NCBI RefSeq assembly: GCF_018350175.1 | Contig: NC_058368.1 | Span: 236,532,001-236,596,000, forward strand | Direction: 5' to 3' | DNA length: 64,000 nucleotides | Source: Felis catus | Taxonomy: Eukaryota | In this document: piece after piece, positions 1 through 12,980 of the stretch | Layout of the letters: each line of letters begins with the position of its first letter | How positions within the stretch are numbered: the stretch's first letter is position 1 | Notes under the pieces: model-generated | Told to the model about the DNA's origin: nothing | Databases searched by the model: none | Seen by the model: only the letters and a program-made list of their open reading frames with translations | Made by a program: the position numbers and the translations under genes

Positions 1-145
1 CCAATGTTTATAGCAGCCTTGTCAACAACAGCCAAAGTACGGAAAGAGCCCAGATGTCCATCGACTGACAGATGGATAAAGAAGATGTGGTTTATATATA
101 TACACAATGGAATACTACTCAGCCATCAAAAAGGATGAAACTTCA

Positions 146-370
146 GGGGCTCCTGAGTGGCTCAGTCAGTTGAGCGTCCGATTTTGGCTCAGGTCAAGCT
201 CAGGCTCAAACCCTTTGTGGGTTCGAGCCCCATGTTGGGCTCTGTGCTGACAGCTCAGAGCCTGAAACCTGTTTCCAGAATCTGTATCTCCCTCCCTCTC
301 TCTCTCTCTGCCCCACCCCTGTTTGTGCTCTGCCCCTTTCTCTCTCTCAATAATAAATAAGCATTAAAGA
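146..370 (+). mobile_element. Can-SINE (SINEC, felid type) inserted in L1
   Basis: A-box tggctcagt, B-box ggttcgagccc, CT tract, aataaataa; diverged TSD aaaaaggatgaaa/aaaaagaatgaaa. Confidence 0.9.
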
Positions 371-662
371 AAAAAAGAATGAAAGTTTGCCATTTACAAC
401 AACATGGATGGAACTAGAGTGTATTATGCTAAGTGAAATAAATCAGTCAGAGAAAGACAAATATCATATGATTTCACTCGTATGTGGGATTTAAGAAACA
501 AAACAGATGAAATAGGGGAAGGGAAGGAAAAACAAAGTAAGATAAAAACCGAGAGGGAGACAAACCATAAGAGACTGTTATACAGAGAACAAACTGTGGG
601 TTGATGGAGGGGAGTGGATGGGGCGATGGGCTAAGTAGGTATTAAGCATTAAGTGGGTATTT

Positions 663-789
663 GGGGACTCCTGGGTGGCTCAGTCGGTTAAGTGTCTGAG
701 TCTTGATTTCTGCTCAGGTAATGATCTCACTGTTCGTGAGTTTGAACCCCACGTCAGGATCCTTGCTAACAGCACAGAGCCTGCTTAGG

Positions 790-837
<48 letters not shown>

Positions 838-888
838 CTCTCTCTGCCCCTGCCCCCCTCAAAAATAAATAAATAAAAACTTAAAAAA
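663..888 (+). mobile_element. Can-SINE inserted in L1 3'UTR
   Basis: tRNA-like head, long (CT)n at ~794-830, aaaataaataaataaa tail. Confidence 0.9.
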
Positions 889-1331
889 AAGGAGGGCACT
901 TGTTGGGATGAACACAAGGTGTTGTATGTAAGTGATGAATCACTAAATTTTACTTCTTAAACCAGCACTACATATATGTTAACTAACTTGAATTTGAATT
1001 TAAAAAAATCCTCATTCACAGCATTCAATTCAGTCATTTATTTGCATGATAAAAACATTAAATACACACTTGAACTGTCTCTTCAGGGGCTTGAAAGGTA
1101 TACAAAGGGCAAAAACACATTTTCACACATTGACAGACATGAATGAACTAGTTTACTTTCACCAGTTGAAATGGAGACAAAAAGAAGAAGGAATAAATAA
1201 ACCGATAAAATGCAATAAACTGTTTTATTGGGGGAATTTTGTATATGTGTCTCTCTCTGTGGGTTTACGTGCAAGTGTGTATTTTAACTGAATCAATACC
1301 CTGCACTGTGATTTAGTGTTTCTGCGGGTTT

Positions 1332-1544
1332 TGTTCTTTTTTTTTAATGTTTATTTATTTCTGAGACAGAGACAGAGCATGAGAGGGGCAGGGGCATAGA
1401 GAGAGGGAGACACAGAATCAGAAGCCAGCTCCAGGCTCCGAGCTGTCGGCACAGAGCCCAACGCGGGTCTCGAACCCACAGACCACGAAATCGTGACCTG
1501 AGCCGAAGTCCGTCGCTCAACCGACTGAGCCACCCAGGCGCCCC
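1332..1544 (-). mobile_element. Can-SINE (SINEC_Fc-like)
   Basis: Reverse-strand consensus ending ccacccaggcgcccc; TSD tctgcgggttt/tctgcaggttt. Confidence 0.93.
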
Positions 1545-1654
1545 TCTGCAGGTTTCTTAAAAACTGTGATGAACTCACTGCACTCGCTAACTAAATTGAG
1601 CACACCTCGTTAAAAATTGTTGTGTGGTCCAAGACCAGCTGCAGGATGCCCTCA

Positions 1655-1715
1655 GTGACCTTGACCCTGTCCCCCAACCTTAGTTTTGGTTTCCTCATCT
1701 GAAATTGAGCTGGTA
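1655..1715 (+). mobile_element. MIR fragment
   Basis: gtgaccttg...ggtttcctcatctgaaatt MIR core. Confidence 0.5.
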
Positions 1716-3181
1716 ATCACCAGCCCCCCAGCAGGATTTTAAGGAACAGAGCCAGCAGCGAAGCCCCAACCCCTGCTTCATGCCTGGCGCATGTCCATTG
1801 TCGCGGGAGCATCATGGCTGTGCCTTCTGTGCAGGCTGAGTCTCTGGGGGAGGTCATTCTGGCTTCAGTCCTGAGAGTCTGGTCCCCAGTGTTGTCACCC
1901 ATTTGTTTTCCACTAGTAGCCCCAGAGGCACATGGTGACCCCTGCAGTAACTGAGTGCCAAGGGGGCAGTGGCTCCCTGGATGGCGGGGGTGTCCTGAGG
2001 GCAACTCTCAGGCTCTAAGGTGTGTGCGAGTGTGGGTGAATCGTGTGGGGAGCAGTTCTTTGACCCTCCAGTGATGCTCACATTCTCCCTAAGAATGAGC
2101 TTACTCTTTTCCTGAAAACTCTGCCCACCTGGGGAGTCTTGTCAGGGAAAGTGGTCCAAGAGGACACAATGGCCACCACTGTGCAGGAGACACGTTGACG
2201 GCCTCAAGTCTGATCTGTGAACTCGGAGTGGAACACGGCCCATCAAGCTGTCATCACAAGAAAAAGGTTTGATTAATCAGGACCAATTCTGTCACGCACC
2301 CATGTAGGTTTCCGGCTTGGTCTTCATAAGGGTTTAGCCATCTTGTCAATACAAGCATTTCAGCATGGATTCCATTTATTTATTTCTGCCATGGGTGAGC
2401 AGTCAAGCTCGTTACGTGGTTTTATATAAATGAAACTGATGGGGAGTTGGTCTTGGGTTTATTTTTTGTATCGATCTATGATTGATTGATTGATCACTTC
2501 TAATCCTGATGTGTGTTTCTGCCCTGTAATAGTGGAGACAGATCCCAGACTCCCCAACTTGAATGGCCTCTGCTTTGAAGACAAAGCCACCGATAAATCA
2601 CCCCAGGCAGGATAACCTCAAAGAGTTGAATTTTGGAAAATGTGCTATTCCTCTTGCCAACAAACGGACTCCCCACAGGGGAGATAAATTTCGTGCAGCC
2701 TATGTGATCACAGGGCTCCACATGTATCTGTACAGCCTCACTCCATGCTCTGTTCCATCCGGAACCCTCAGCTCGTGTCTTCGGCAGTACTTTCAGGATT
2801 CAAGTGGTCTGCAATAAATTATCCAATTAAAGCATTCCAAATAACAGTTTGTATTTAATAACAGAAATCCTAAGAAAAAGAATCATCCAGTGTAAACACA
2901 AATTGTAGACACACCTTAATCATCCCAAGTTGCAAAATGCGTGAGGGAGACACAGGTTTTTTCCCTTCTGACAGACATTATTCATCCTCGAATTATTTAC
3001 AAAACAGTAATAGCAATTTGCATTTAAATGATATGTTCCTTATGAAGAGCTCAACATGATGTGTGTGTGTTTATGTATACACACATACAAATTATAGCTA
3101 TTAATTCTGCGCTGATATAAGAGTAAATACGTTTTCTTTACGGAACATGCTGATAGTGATTATTGCCATTTGCCACATTTT

Positions 3182-3439
3182 ATTTATTTTTTTAACGTGT
3201 ATTTATTTTTGAGGCAGAGGGAGACAAAGCACAAGCTGGGGGGAGGGGCAGAGAAAGAGGAAGAGAGAGCAAGGGAGTTTGGGGAAGGGCAGAGAGAAAG
3301 GGAGGCACAGAATCCCAAGCAGGCTCCAGGCTCTGAGCTGCCAGCACGGAGCCCGACGTGGGGCTCGAACTCACAGACTGCGAGATCATGACCTGAGCGG
3401 AAGTCGGACGCTCAACCGACTGAGCCACCCAGGCGCCCC
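3182..3439 (-). mobile_element. Can-SINE
   Basis: Perfect 17-bp TSD gccatttgccacatttt (3165-3181 / 3440-3456); expanded GA-rich tract. Confidence 0.95.
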
Positions 3440-5067
3440 GCCATTTGCCACATTTTAAATGGTGGGGTTCTTGGGCTCTGAGGAAAGAAATGTTTGCCCA
3501 GATCCACATTCCATGTCTGTGATAGAACTGGAAGTGAGAACAGGGCTCGTTTTTCACTGTCCAGAGCCTTCCTTGAGCTAGATTCTAGAAACATCCCTCA
3601 TCGGGTGAGTTTGGCTGACTGACTTGCATGCTGGCAGTATCTTTTACCCCTCAGCCCTTGTAGCTTTGGAAAAAACAAGGGAAAACACTCACATGTATCT
3701 TCCTATGTATCTTCCTGAACCTCCCAGAAGGATGGACCCCCTCCCCCACTCCCCGTGTATCATCCCACCCACTCCCTTCCTCACGGACCGAAATGCTCGG
3801 AGATGACTTCTTTTTAAGGATCAGCGGACACTTGTCTCTTCCCTCTTTGACATACTTACTCAGACTGAATCCCGAAAGCAGTAGAAACAATGCTAATGTC
3901 CTGAAAGCGGCCTCCTCTAGCTGGCAACATTTACCCACGGAATGCAATTTTTAAATGTAAAATCTGGGCGTGAGGTTTACGTGTGATTAGAGGGTGGTTG
4001 TCCCTGTTAAGCACGGTACCCCCCAAGTACCGTGTGACGTCTGCTACCCCATCCCTCTGAGTTGGGGGTCTGTGGTCGGTGGGTTAAGGGAGGTGGGGGA
4101 GGCGTCCCCCTTGGGGACAGATCTGCCTCCGCCACCAGCCCTGTGGGGAGCATGTCCCCCACGTCCAGGCGCTTCATTAACTTCTCACTTGGTTTCAGGC
4201 TGAGTTAAAGAGGCAGACGTTCTGCAGAAAGGGAGAGAGTGTTCGAATGTTGTGTGACCTTCAAGCTCCGTGATTTATTGGAGTAATATCACACGGGGAA
4301 CTATCACGGAGACATAACATATTTATCACGCTCGTCTCCCCGCCTCACTTCTGAGCCTAACGGATCGGAATTTATTCATTCACATTAAGACTTTGTTCCC
4401 CGTGTAGTCAAATGTCATTTTGGAGCAAGACTGATTTCCCGTAATGGGAGGCGATGGGGTCGGAAGGAGGCTTGGGCTGCCCGAACCGGCCCAAACCTTG
4501 GTTCTCAAATATTCCACCGATCGCTCCTGCTGACAGATTTCAGCCGGGGCTGTGCTGGAGCTCGCGGGCCACTCCCCAGCGTGCGGGGATGTCCCGGCGG
4601 TGGCTTTCCTCGGTGTCCGCGTGTCCGTGTGTGCTCTTTAAGAGGCTGCCGCAGCTCGTGGGTCCTGCTGAGCTGGGTGCTGGTGGGGCTCACACATCAC
4701 TTGGATCCAATCCCTGGTGCTCTGAGGAGGAGGCCCGCCGAGCATAGGAAATGCTCCCATACACAACACGCATTCCATATGTGGTGAAGTGTCTGCTCTC
4801 CTGGACAACAGAACATCCTCCTTCCACACAGCACAGCGGTCAGGCGTATCCCCCGCTTCTAAATCCGCATGGAGGCACGCTCTGGGGGAAACGCGGATTT
4901 ACAAACAGCGATGGAGAAGTGGCTTCTCTCTGCCTCTGCTCTGGGAACAAACCAATAGCCGAGAACATGGAAAAGATATTCAGCGGCCCTTCGATTGGCT
5001 ACCAAATAAAGAAGTGATTTTCCGTCCATCTTTGAATGAGTAGCAACATATAAAGATTTCTATGCTC

Positions 5068-5289
5068 CTTAAAAAAAATTTTTTTATGTTTATTCATTTT
5101 TGAAAGACAGAGAGAGACAGAGCACAAGCAGGGGTGGGGCGGAGAGAGAGGGGGATGCAGAATCTGAAACAGGCTCCAGGCTCCGAGCTGTCAGCACAGA
5201 GCCCGATGTGGGGCTCAAACTCACGAACCGCGAGATCATGACCTGAGCCGAAGTCAGACGCTCAACCGACTGAACCACCCAGGCGCCCC
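5068..5289 (-). mobile_element. Can-SINE
   Basis: 15-bp TSD aagatttctatgctc (5053-5067 / 5290-5304). Confidence 0.95.
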
Positions 5290-5513
5290 AAGATTTCTAT
5301 GCTCTTAACCTCAGATTCATTTTCCTCTAATTTCTCCAGGAAGAAGAGAGCGTAAGATACGACTTGAATACAGAGGCGGGTCCTCACCCCTTCCTTATCA
5401 GTCGGCGAATGAGCATGGAAATCAGCCTGGTCTCTCAGCCCATGTTCACAAGAGGAACAAGTCAGGCATTCCAGAACAATCAGTGATAACATACCTAACT
5501 GCACACGTTTATT

Positions 5514-6000
5514 TTTATTTTTTTATTTTTAAGTGTATTTATTTATTTATTTTTTTTTTATTTTATTTTTTTAATTTTTTTTAACGTTTATTTATTTTTG
5601 AGACAGAGAGAGACAGAGCATGAACGGGGGAGGGGCAGAGAGAGAGGGAGACACAGAATCAGAAGCAGGCTCCAGGCTCTGAGCCATCAGCCCAGAGCCC
5701 AACTCGGGGCTCGAACTCACTGACCGTGAGATCGTGACCTGAGCTGCAGTCAGACGCTTAACTGACTGAGCCACCCAGGCGCCCCGTATTTACTTATTTT
5801 GAGAGAGACAGAGCGCAAGTGGGGGAGAGGCAGAGAGAGAGAGAAGGACAGAGAGAGAAAGCGAAACCCAAGCAGTGGGATTCTATCCACTGTCAGCACA
5901 GGGCCCTAGGCGGGGCTCGAACTCACGAACCCGTGAGATCATGACCTGAGCCACAACCAAGAGTCGGATGCTTCATCAACCGAGCCACCCAGGCGCCCCC
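5514..6000 (-). mobile_element. Older Can-SINE (outer element; body 5786-6000)
   Basis: TSD aactgcacacgtttatt (5497-5513) / aacagcacacatttatt (6001-6017). Confidence 0.88.
5549..5785 (-). mobile_element. Can-SINE nested in the tail of an older SINE
   Basis: Full SINE; TSD gtatttatttattt/gtatttacttattt lies within the outer element's tail. Confidence 0.9.
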
Positions 6001-7093
6001 AACAGCACACATTTATTATCAGCCTAAGGCCAAAGGAATAAATCCTAAATTTCTGCTCCTGACCCTCACCTACTGTGAAAAAGATTTAATTAACCATCAA
6101 CGCTGTATCACCATTGACCTCTCCTAAGTCACCATAGGTTTGCTGCAAACCACTAAAACATTCTAATTATTCTAAACCCTTGGTGCATTTGGAGGGTTCC
6201 TAGCTCACTCACCCACATGCTGGTGATGCTTCACCGTAGCTGGGAAAACCTCAGCTCACACCTGGATTCCCAGCTCTCGCCCCTGCACAGCCCCAGAGGA
6301 TGCCGTCACCAGGGCCTGGCGGCTGGTGACTTTGTTCGAGCCTTGACGGGCAAGCGAGCCCGACCGAGGGGCAAGGCACCAGGTCGCCCTTCTGAGACCT
6401 CCCCGGCCTCTTTCCCACAGTAGAGAGCCAAGGGGAAGAGAAATAGCATCTGTGCCTTTCTGAGTGGCGGTTGGAAGTGGGTGGTTTAACATCGAGGCCC
6501 CTCTGACCCCGCTGAAGCTGCCGGAGAGGTGGGTTTTCAGACCTTGCAGCGGGCAAGTTTGCGTATTGATCTGTGAAGGTCCATTAGCTCTCTGCTGAGT
6601 ACCGCTGACATGTCAGATGGATGCTCCCTTAAACGGCGTCTCGGAGTCAGCCGCTGGGGCACTCTGGCCGTTGACTTGAGATGGCGGTGGTGTCCCGCCA
6701 GGGGACAGGGCTCTCTGCTCCCTGCCCTCCTTCCCTTCCAGCCTCTGGGCTCCTTTCTGCAGCTCCAGACAATCCCCTCGCCCACCGTCTCCCTCCCCAC
6801 TCCCTTTACATTTCTTTTGCGCCCCAGCAATTTTCAGATCTTTGTTTCTCTAAGATGAGGGAATGATTCTCACCAGGCTGTGCGGGTGCGGCTTTGAGCA
6901 GGCTCCGGTATGAATAGCAGAGGTTTATGAAGCTTCTTCTCACGGACACATTTGTTTGGCTCATTAAGAAAACCATTATCACAATAATAAGAGCAAAATG
7001 ATCTTTCCTGAGTCAGATTGTAGACTTACTTTATTATTTGGTACTTTGACAGATAAGAAAGGCTCAAGGAAAATCTATTTTAAAAAGAAGGGA

Positions 7094-7316
7094 GGGGCGC
7101 TTAGATGGTTAAGTTGGCTAAGCATCCAACTTCGGCTCAGGTCATGAATCTCATGGTTCGCGAGTTCTAGCCCCGCATCAAGGTCTGTGCTGACAGCTCG
7201 GAGCCTGGAGCCTGCTTCTGATTCTATGCCTCCCTCTCTCTCTGCCCTTTCCTCGCTCGTTCTCTCTCTCTTTCTCTCTCTCTCCAAAATAAATAAACAT
7301 TTAAAAAATTTTTTTA
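7094..7316 (+). mobile_element. Can-SINE
   Basis: ggggcgc head, gcctggagcctgcttctgattct, CT tract, aaaataaataaacatt. Confidence 0.92.
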
Positions 7317-8030
7317 AAGAAGAGAGAGATAATTCTCATCACTGGCTCACACTTTAGCAGGTAAAGGATAGGGAAAATAATTATAAATTTACGGGGGACT
7401 CCTTCATCGTGTGAATACATGTCTGGGCTCACCCTGATCAATTCAATATTCCCTTATCTGTACGGGAAGAAACACCGGGAAATGTTGGAGAGGCTCGGTT
7501 CCTGATGAAGCCACTGCCCGCCTACCATCGCCCTGATCCCTGGCTACAGACAAGCCCCTGCACTCTGTCAATACATCGGAAACATAATTAGTATCAGCAG
7601 CTGTTTCTTTAATTAAGATCTCTTTCAAATCTTTCTCATCGATTCCTGCCATTAACTTATTGACTAGAATCTTTATGCTGAGAAGGTGCATTTTATTGAG
7701 AAGCCACGTCTGACCACACCTTTGTGGATTCCAGGAAACAGCCTTCAGAAGACCATTGGGAGAGACCCTCTGGAGCCACACCGGAAATCGTGTATTTTAC
7801 ATGAGGGGCACTTCCATGGTAAGGGCGTCGGAACCCCAAGGAAGCATTCATGTTGGTTTTCAAGTGGCTACTGAGCCCCAGACTGAACAACAAACATCAG
7901 AGCCAATTTAGAATCCGCTGACCGGAGCACAGAGCAGAGTGTAGAAGCCGCCATCAGTCTGGAAGAGCAGTGTGGACACGTCCACGTGAGTGAGACTCAA
8001 CATTACACAGGACAGTCTGTTATGTTTTAA

Positions 8031-8240
8031 GATTTATTTATTTATTTTTAGTTTATTTATTTTGAGAGAGAGAAAACACAAGCTGGGAAGGAGCAGAGAG
8101 AGGGAGAGCCAGAATCCCAAGCGGGTTCCGTACCATTAGTGCAGAGCCCGATGCGGGTCTCGAACTCACGAACCGTGAAATCATGACCTGAGTTGAGACC
8201 AAGCGTCAGACGCTTAACCGACTGAGCCACCCAGGTGCCC
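8031..8240 (-). mobile_element. Can-SINE
   Basis: Reverse consensus; TSD tatgttttaa/tgtgttttaa. Confidence 0.92.
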
Positions 8241-8479
8241 TGTGTTTTAAACTTTAAATAAAATATCTTCGCCTCTTATTAAAACCCAAGCAAATTTTAA
8301 TCACATTATAGGGACATATGTAAAAATTAAATCACACATGCTAAATTAACATAGGGTCCAATAATGATCTGATCCCTTGATGAGGTAACATTTTCTAAGG
8401 AAGGAAACCAGTAATATGGAAAGACTACATTTGAAACCCTTTTTTGGCAACAATAAAATTAAAAGGGAAACACTATAAC

Positions 8480-9050
8480 GCCATTGTAACAAATATGCCC
8501 ACAAGAAATTTCCTCAATATACAAAAATATGATCGTCACTAAAATCCCCAATAGAAAATAAGGAAAACAGAATGATATAAAATTTTTACAGAATTTTACA
8601 GAGGAGAAAGTGAAAAACAGAAGTAGCCATAAAAACAGTTTAATACCTGTAGCAAAAATAAAAGATCTTTCAACATATCAAGTTAGTAAAGCATGAATAT
8701 TATAATAGTACTGGAAGGGCTGGGACTATAGCCGCATTTAGAGATTGTTGGTGTGAATAAAAAATCGATACAACATTTCATAAAATCAATTTGGCAGTGT
8801 GTCCAAAAACTTACACATATTAAAAGTTGATGCATATGTAAGTGGAATCAGTAATTCCACCCATAGAAGTATATTCAACAGAAATAATGAAGAAAGGATT
8901 TCTATTTGACATTTTATTGTAATATTATTTTTAATAGAAACAAACTTAATAAACACAAAAATACAAATAGAAGAGAATAGTTACATCAACAAGGTACAGT
9001 TGAAATAGTGGCCATTAAATGATAGTTCCCCCCCCCCCCAAATTTAATAG
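8480..9050 (+). mobile_element. Ancient L1 (L1ME-like) 3' fragment
   Basis: A-rich; degenerate L1 motifs caatttggcag, agtaattccac..agaagtatattc, attgttggtgtgaat. Confidence 0.6.
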
Positions 9051-9289
9051 CCAGGTATGATTCATGAAAAAAACGTAGGTTTTCCAGTAAAAGAAAACTA
9101 GCATGAATCAGTTTTGAAAAAATATTCTTCGTGGTAAAAACATTTGATTTTTAAAAGTAGGAACATTTGTTTTTTAATCTCCTGGAGGAGCACTTAGTAG
9201 CTGTGGCTGATTCTGTCATCCAGAGACGGTGTTAGAGAGGATAATTTCATTACCGCGTTTGGAGATACAATTACACAGGCAAGATGAAG

Positions 9290-9430
9290 AAAAGAACAAC
9301 AGTCAGCAAGTCTTGAGTGTCTATTTTGTGCCAGGCACTAAACTAATTTCTGAAACCGTGTCGTCTGCCTTAATCCTCACACCCACTTCCGAGGAAATTT
9401 TGTCATTTACAGATCAAATGTAAATGAAAT
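9290..9430 (-). mobile_element. MIR fragment
   Basis: tgagtgtctattttgtgccaggcact...taatcctcac...catttacagat. Confidence 0.65.
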
Positions 9431-10071
9431 GCTTCAGTGCGACGTTCACCCTGCCCACGGATCAGCCTCCATTTACTGTCCACTTGGACCGTCCTCCCCG
9501 TGTCTGCCTCTCAGTGTTTGCAGATGTGATCTGTCATGTGGTTTTCACAGGAGCCTTGGGAGGGGAGTTCAAGATTTCGATATGTCACCCATGAGACAAA
9601 TTAAATACAAACAAAATAACAAAACAGAAAGGCTTCTTGGGTAAAAGAACCGATAAGGACACAAGTCCTCCCCAGAGTCTCACTGACTTTCCCGCGTACA
9701 ATGTGAGTCAACGGTAAAATGCCCCAGAGCAGCATCACCCAGAGTCTCACCTCTGTTATGGAGGCTGCATCGCAGAAATCTTGGTAGATTTTACTAGTCC
9801 TCCCCAGGAGAGAAAGACAGACAGAGGGATGGAAAGACAGAGAGACAGGCACAGAGACAGGGGAGGGAGGGAGGGATTGAAATACTCAGCAGAGTAGCAT
9901 CACGGATTCTGATTAGATGTCCCCCCCCCCTCCTTTGCTATTTCATAATTATGTCACTAACATGAGCCTCTGGAATAGCAACCTTGTTCTCGTCAATAGC
10001 CTATCTGTTTTAGTCAGTAGGGCAGAGCATGTGCTCAAAACTACCGTGGATATGTGATGTAAGGCTTCACT

Positions 10072-10295
10072 TTTCTTTTTTAATTTTTTTTAATGTTTAT
10101 TTATTATTGAGAGGCAGAGAGAGACACAGCATGAGCAGGGGAGGGGCGGAGAGAAGGAGACACAGAATCTGAAGCCGGCTCCAGGCTCTGAGGCTGTCAG
10201 CCCAGAGCCCGACGCGGGGCTCGACCTCACAAACCGTGAGATCATGACCTGAGCTGAAGTCGGTCGCTCAACCGACTGAGCCATCCAGGAGCCTC
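10072..10295 (-). mobile_element. Can-SINE
   Basis: Reverse-strand SINEC consensus; no clean TSD. Confidence 0.92.
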
Positions 10296-10396
10296 GAAAT
10301 TCAATATTCTTAAACAGATCTTTTTTATATTTAATTTTTCTTAAAGTTCTTAATATACACTACATTAATTAATGCCTTAATATATCCCTGGATTCT

Positions 10397-10620
10397 TTTT
10401 TTTTTTTTTTAAATTTTCAACGTTTATTTATTTTTGGGACAGAGAGAGACAGAGCATGAACGGGGGAGGGGCAGAGAGAGAGGGAGACACAGAATCGGAA
10501 ACAGGCTCCAGGCTCTGAGCCATCAGCACAGAGCCCGACGCGGGGCTCGAACTCCCAGAATGTGAGATCGTGACCTGGCTGAAGTCGGACGCTTAACCGA
10601 CTGCGCCACCCAGGCGCCCC
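10397..10620 (-). mobile_element. Young Can-SINE (SINEC_Fc)
   Basis: Perfect 18-bp TSD aatatatccctggattct (10379-10396 / 10621-10638); long T run; CpGs retained. Confidence 0.96.
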
Positions 10621-10731
10621 AATATATCCCTGGATTCTATGTAACTTACATCATTACATTTTGACATGAAGTCACTTTTTTTTTTTTTTTTTTTTTTTTT
10701 ACAATTTCTCTTCTGTCCTCTCTCCCCTCCT

Positions 10732-10767
<36 letters not shown>

Positions 10768-12599
10768 TCCTCCAGAGCCACACACACAGGCCACGACCCC
10801 ACACTCACCCTGCCATTGGAGAGCCGGTGTTGATAGTTCTTATGTCCTATGTCAGATGCCCCTGTGAATCCATTTAGGACCAGAGATGCGATCTTAGAGA
10901 GGAGTTCTTTCTTCACATTTAGCAGGGAGGCCGCTTATCTCACTGAGGACGTTTTACATCAGGAGCACACACGAAGGGCCTCTTCTGCATGACTTATCCA
11001 GCCCAACATTCACTTTCGTGGTTGGTTTCAATGAGCGAGGCCGGAGAGCGGCTTTCCCAAACAATTACTCAAGAATAATAGTCTCCCTTTGCAGAAGCAG
11101 GGTGCACCAGAGACAACCAGGCGGTTTTGAAAAGAAGCAAAATAACGAAAAAAGAAAAAAATAAAAACAAATCTCAAGAATGATATCGAAAATGGTGGCC
11201 AGGCGACACCAAAGGAAAAAGACCAAAACTGAGTGAACCGTCGAGCAAGCCCGTGTGTACGGGGGAGCATGAACCGACCTGGAGAGACCAGAGATGCTCA
11301 TCTGTCTTTGGCCTTTCTTAACACAAAGCTCCAGGCAGCTGCCTCCTTCTACTAAGCAGCTACGACCAACGGGCCAGCACGTTGAGAACAGAACCCAGTC
11401 AGTCTCAGGTTCCAGCTTCTAAAATCACCTGCGATCATTTTCGACCTCATTTAGAGATGGCACTCTGTATTTACTAGGATAGGGAGAATTTTGGAGTTCA
11501 AGATGTTAATTATTAACTGAACACGCATTTTCTACAATCTATGTGATTGCTATGACTGTCTATCAAATCACAGGGTAATGTACCTTGCATATATACATTT
11601 TATTAAAACATTTAAACAATAAATAATAAGTATGTGCATTTGGATAACAGCTTAAAAACTAAAAGAGTGAAGAATAATTTGAAAATGATTGTACAACCAG
11701 TAGATTTGGTGTTCTTCATGAATATCTAATAGATATGCTGTTCTTAACAAATATAAAGTGAAAGGTTGCAGCTACAATTTTTCAAACTGAAAAGTAATGC
11801 AAATATATAATACTTTGTCATGGGCACATTCGAATAAGTCCTTCTAGGACCTTTACACCCTTCAGGTCTAAGGGAAATCAGACGACAGACACTGGAATGC
11901 TTGTTAATAAGAACTGCCACTTGCTGACCCACCTGGGGGGCAGGGGTACCTACCTGTGCGGTCATCCACTTCAGCACTCACTGCACCCTTTCTTGGGACC
12001 GACACTGGTATTCACATGTTTCTATGACATAACCAACTGACAGACATTTTGGAATTTACTCAGATCCCGAAGACACATGCCCAAGTCTGAGCAAACCCCT
12101 GCCGTGCATCCTTGGTCAGCAGGGTGCACAGCTTCTCACGTGGAGTCTTCTGTGCTTTATGTGGATGGAGTTAGAGGTTTTCTGATCATCGAGTGGAGGT
12201 ATTTAGCAGACAATTGGGGAAGAAAGTAAAGGCAGAGGTGTGAATTTGAGGTAACGGCAAAGAATTGATCAAGAGGTTAGATCAGATAGTCCAGATAGAA
12301 ACTCTAGAATAAAAAATCATGGAAAGCTTAAGAAGACCTCTTTTGTAGAGGCAAAATGGTAACCAGTAAGGGACCCCAAGAGCTAGTAGTCAGGCATGAG
12401 GCAGGGCAACCCCGGGGAAGGTGACCTACATGCAGTTGGTGATAAATAAATACAGGTTGGTTAAATAATGGCCTTCTTAACTCTGGAAATACAGCAATTC
12501 ATGTTCAACAATCTGTTTCAAATCGTAAGCTCCGTGCCAGGTAAAATGAGTGCTTAGAAGAGTGTCAGTCTTTTGTTTGACCTCAAGAAGACACTGCTC

Positions 12600-12980
12600 T
12601 TCATTCATTCACTAAACAACACCAAGTTTCGGTCCTCATAATACATAATGAAATAAACATTGGGACCATCATGATTTGGCAGTAAGGGAATACAAAGATG
12701 GGTAAAAAATAATCCTTATTACCTACGGCCTCATGGTCTTTTTTATAGAGGGTTATGCATGGAGGAGACATTTATATACTGATAATTTTAGCACGAGGTA
12801 CCAGTGCCATGATAGAGACGTGCAAATGAAGAGTGTTCTGAGGGCGCACAAGACAAGAGTATAAAGGACTCTTCAAGGGAAATTTACATGATACGTGTAG
12901 GTTACACAGGAGAAGAATGAGGCATGGGCTTGGGAGAAGAGCCATCCAAAGAGAAGAACACCCATGAGCTTACAAGCACA
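12600..12980 (-). mobile_element. L2 LINE 3' fragment
   Basis: tcattcattcactaaaca terminus followed by degenerate L2 3' sequence (gggaatacaaagatg, gtgccatgatagag). Confidence 0.6.

Larger units (their letters stand above)
1..1007 (+). mobile_element. LINE-1 (carnivore L1) ORF2 3' end and 3'UTR, interrupted by two SINEs; continues left of the window
   Basis: Typical L1 3' sequence: ccaatgtttatagcagc, gatggataaagaagatgtgg, atggatggaactagagtgtattatgctaagtgaaataa; A-rich end near 1000-1007. Confidence 0.9.

Noticed and set aside
10676..10770. 25-nt poly(T) as the tail of a processed pseudogene
   Set aside because: No TSD, no AATAAA and no coding homology; it adjoins a CT microsatellite.
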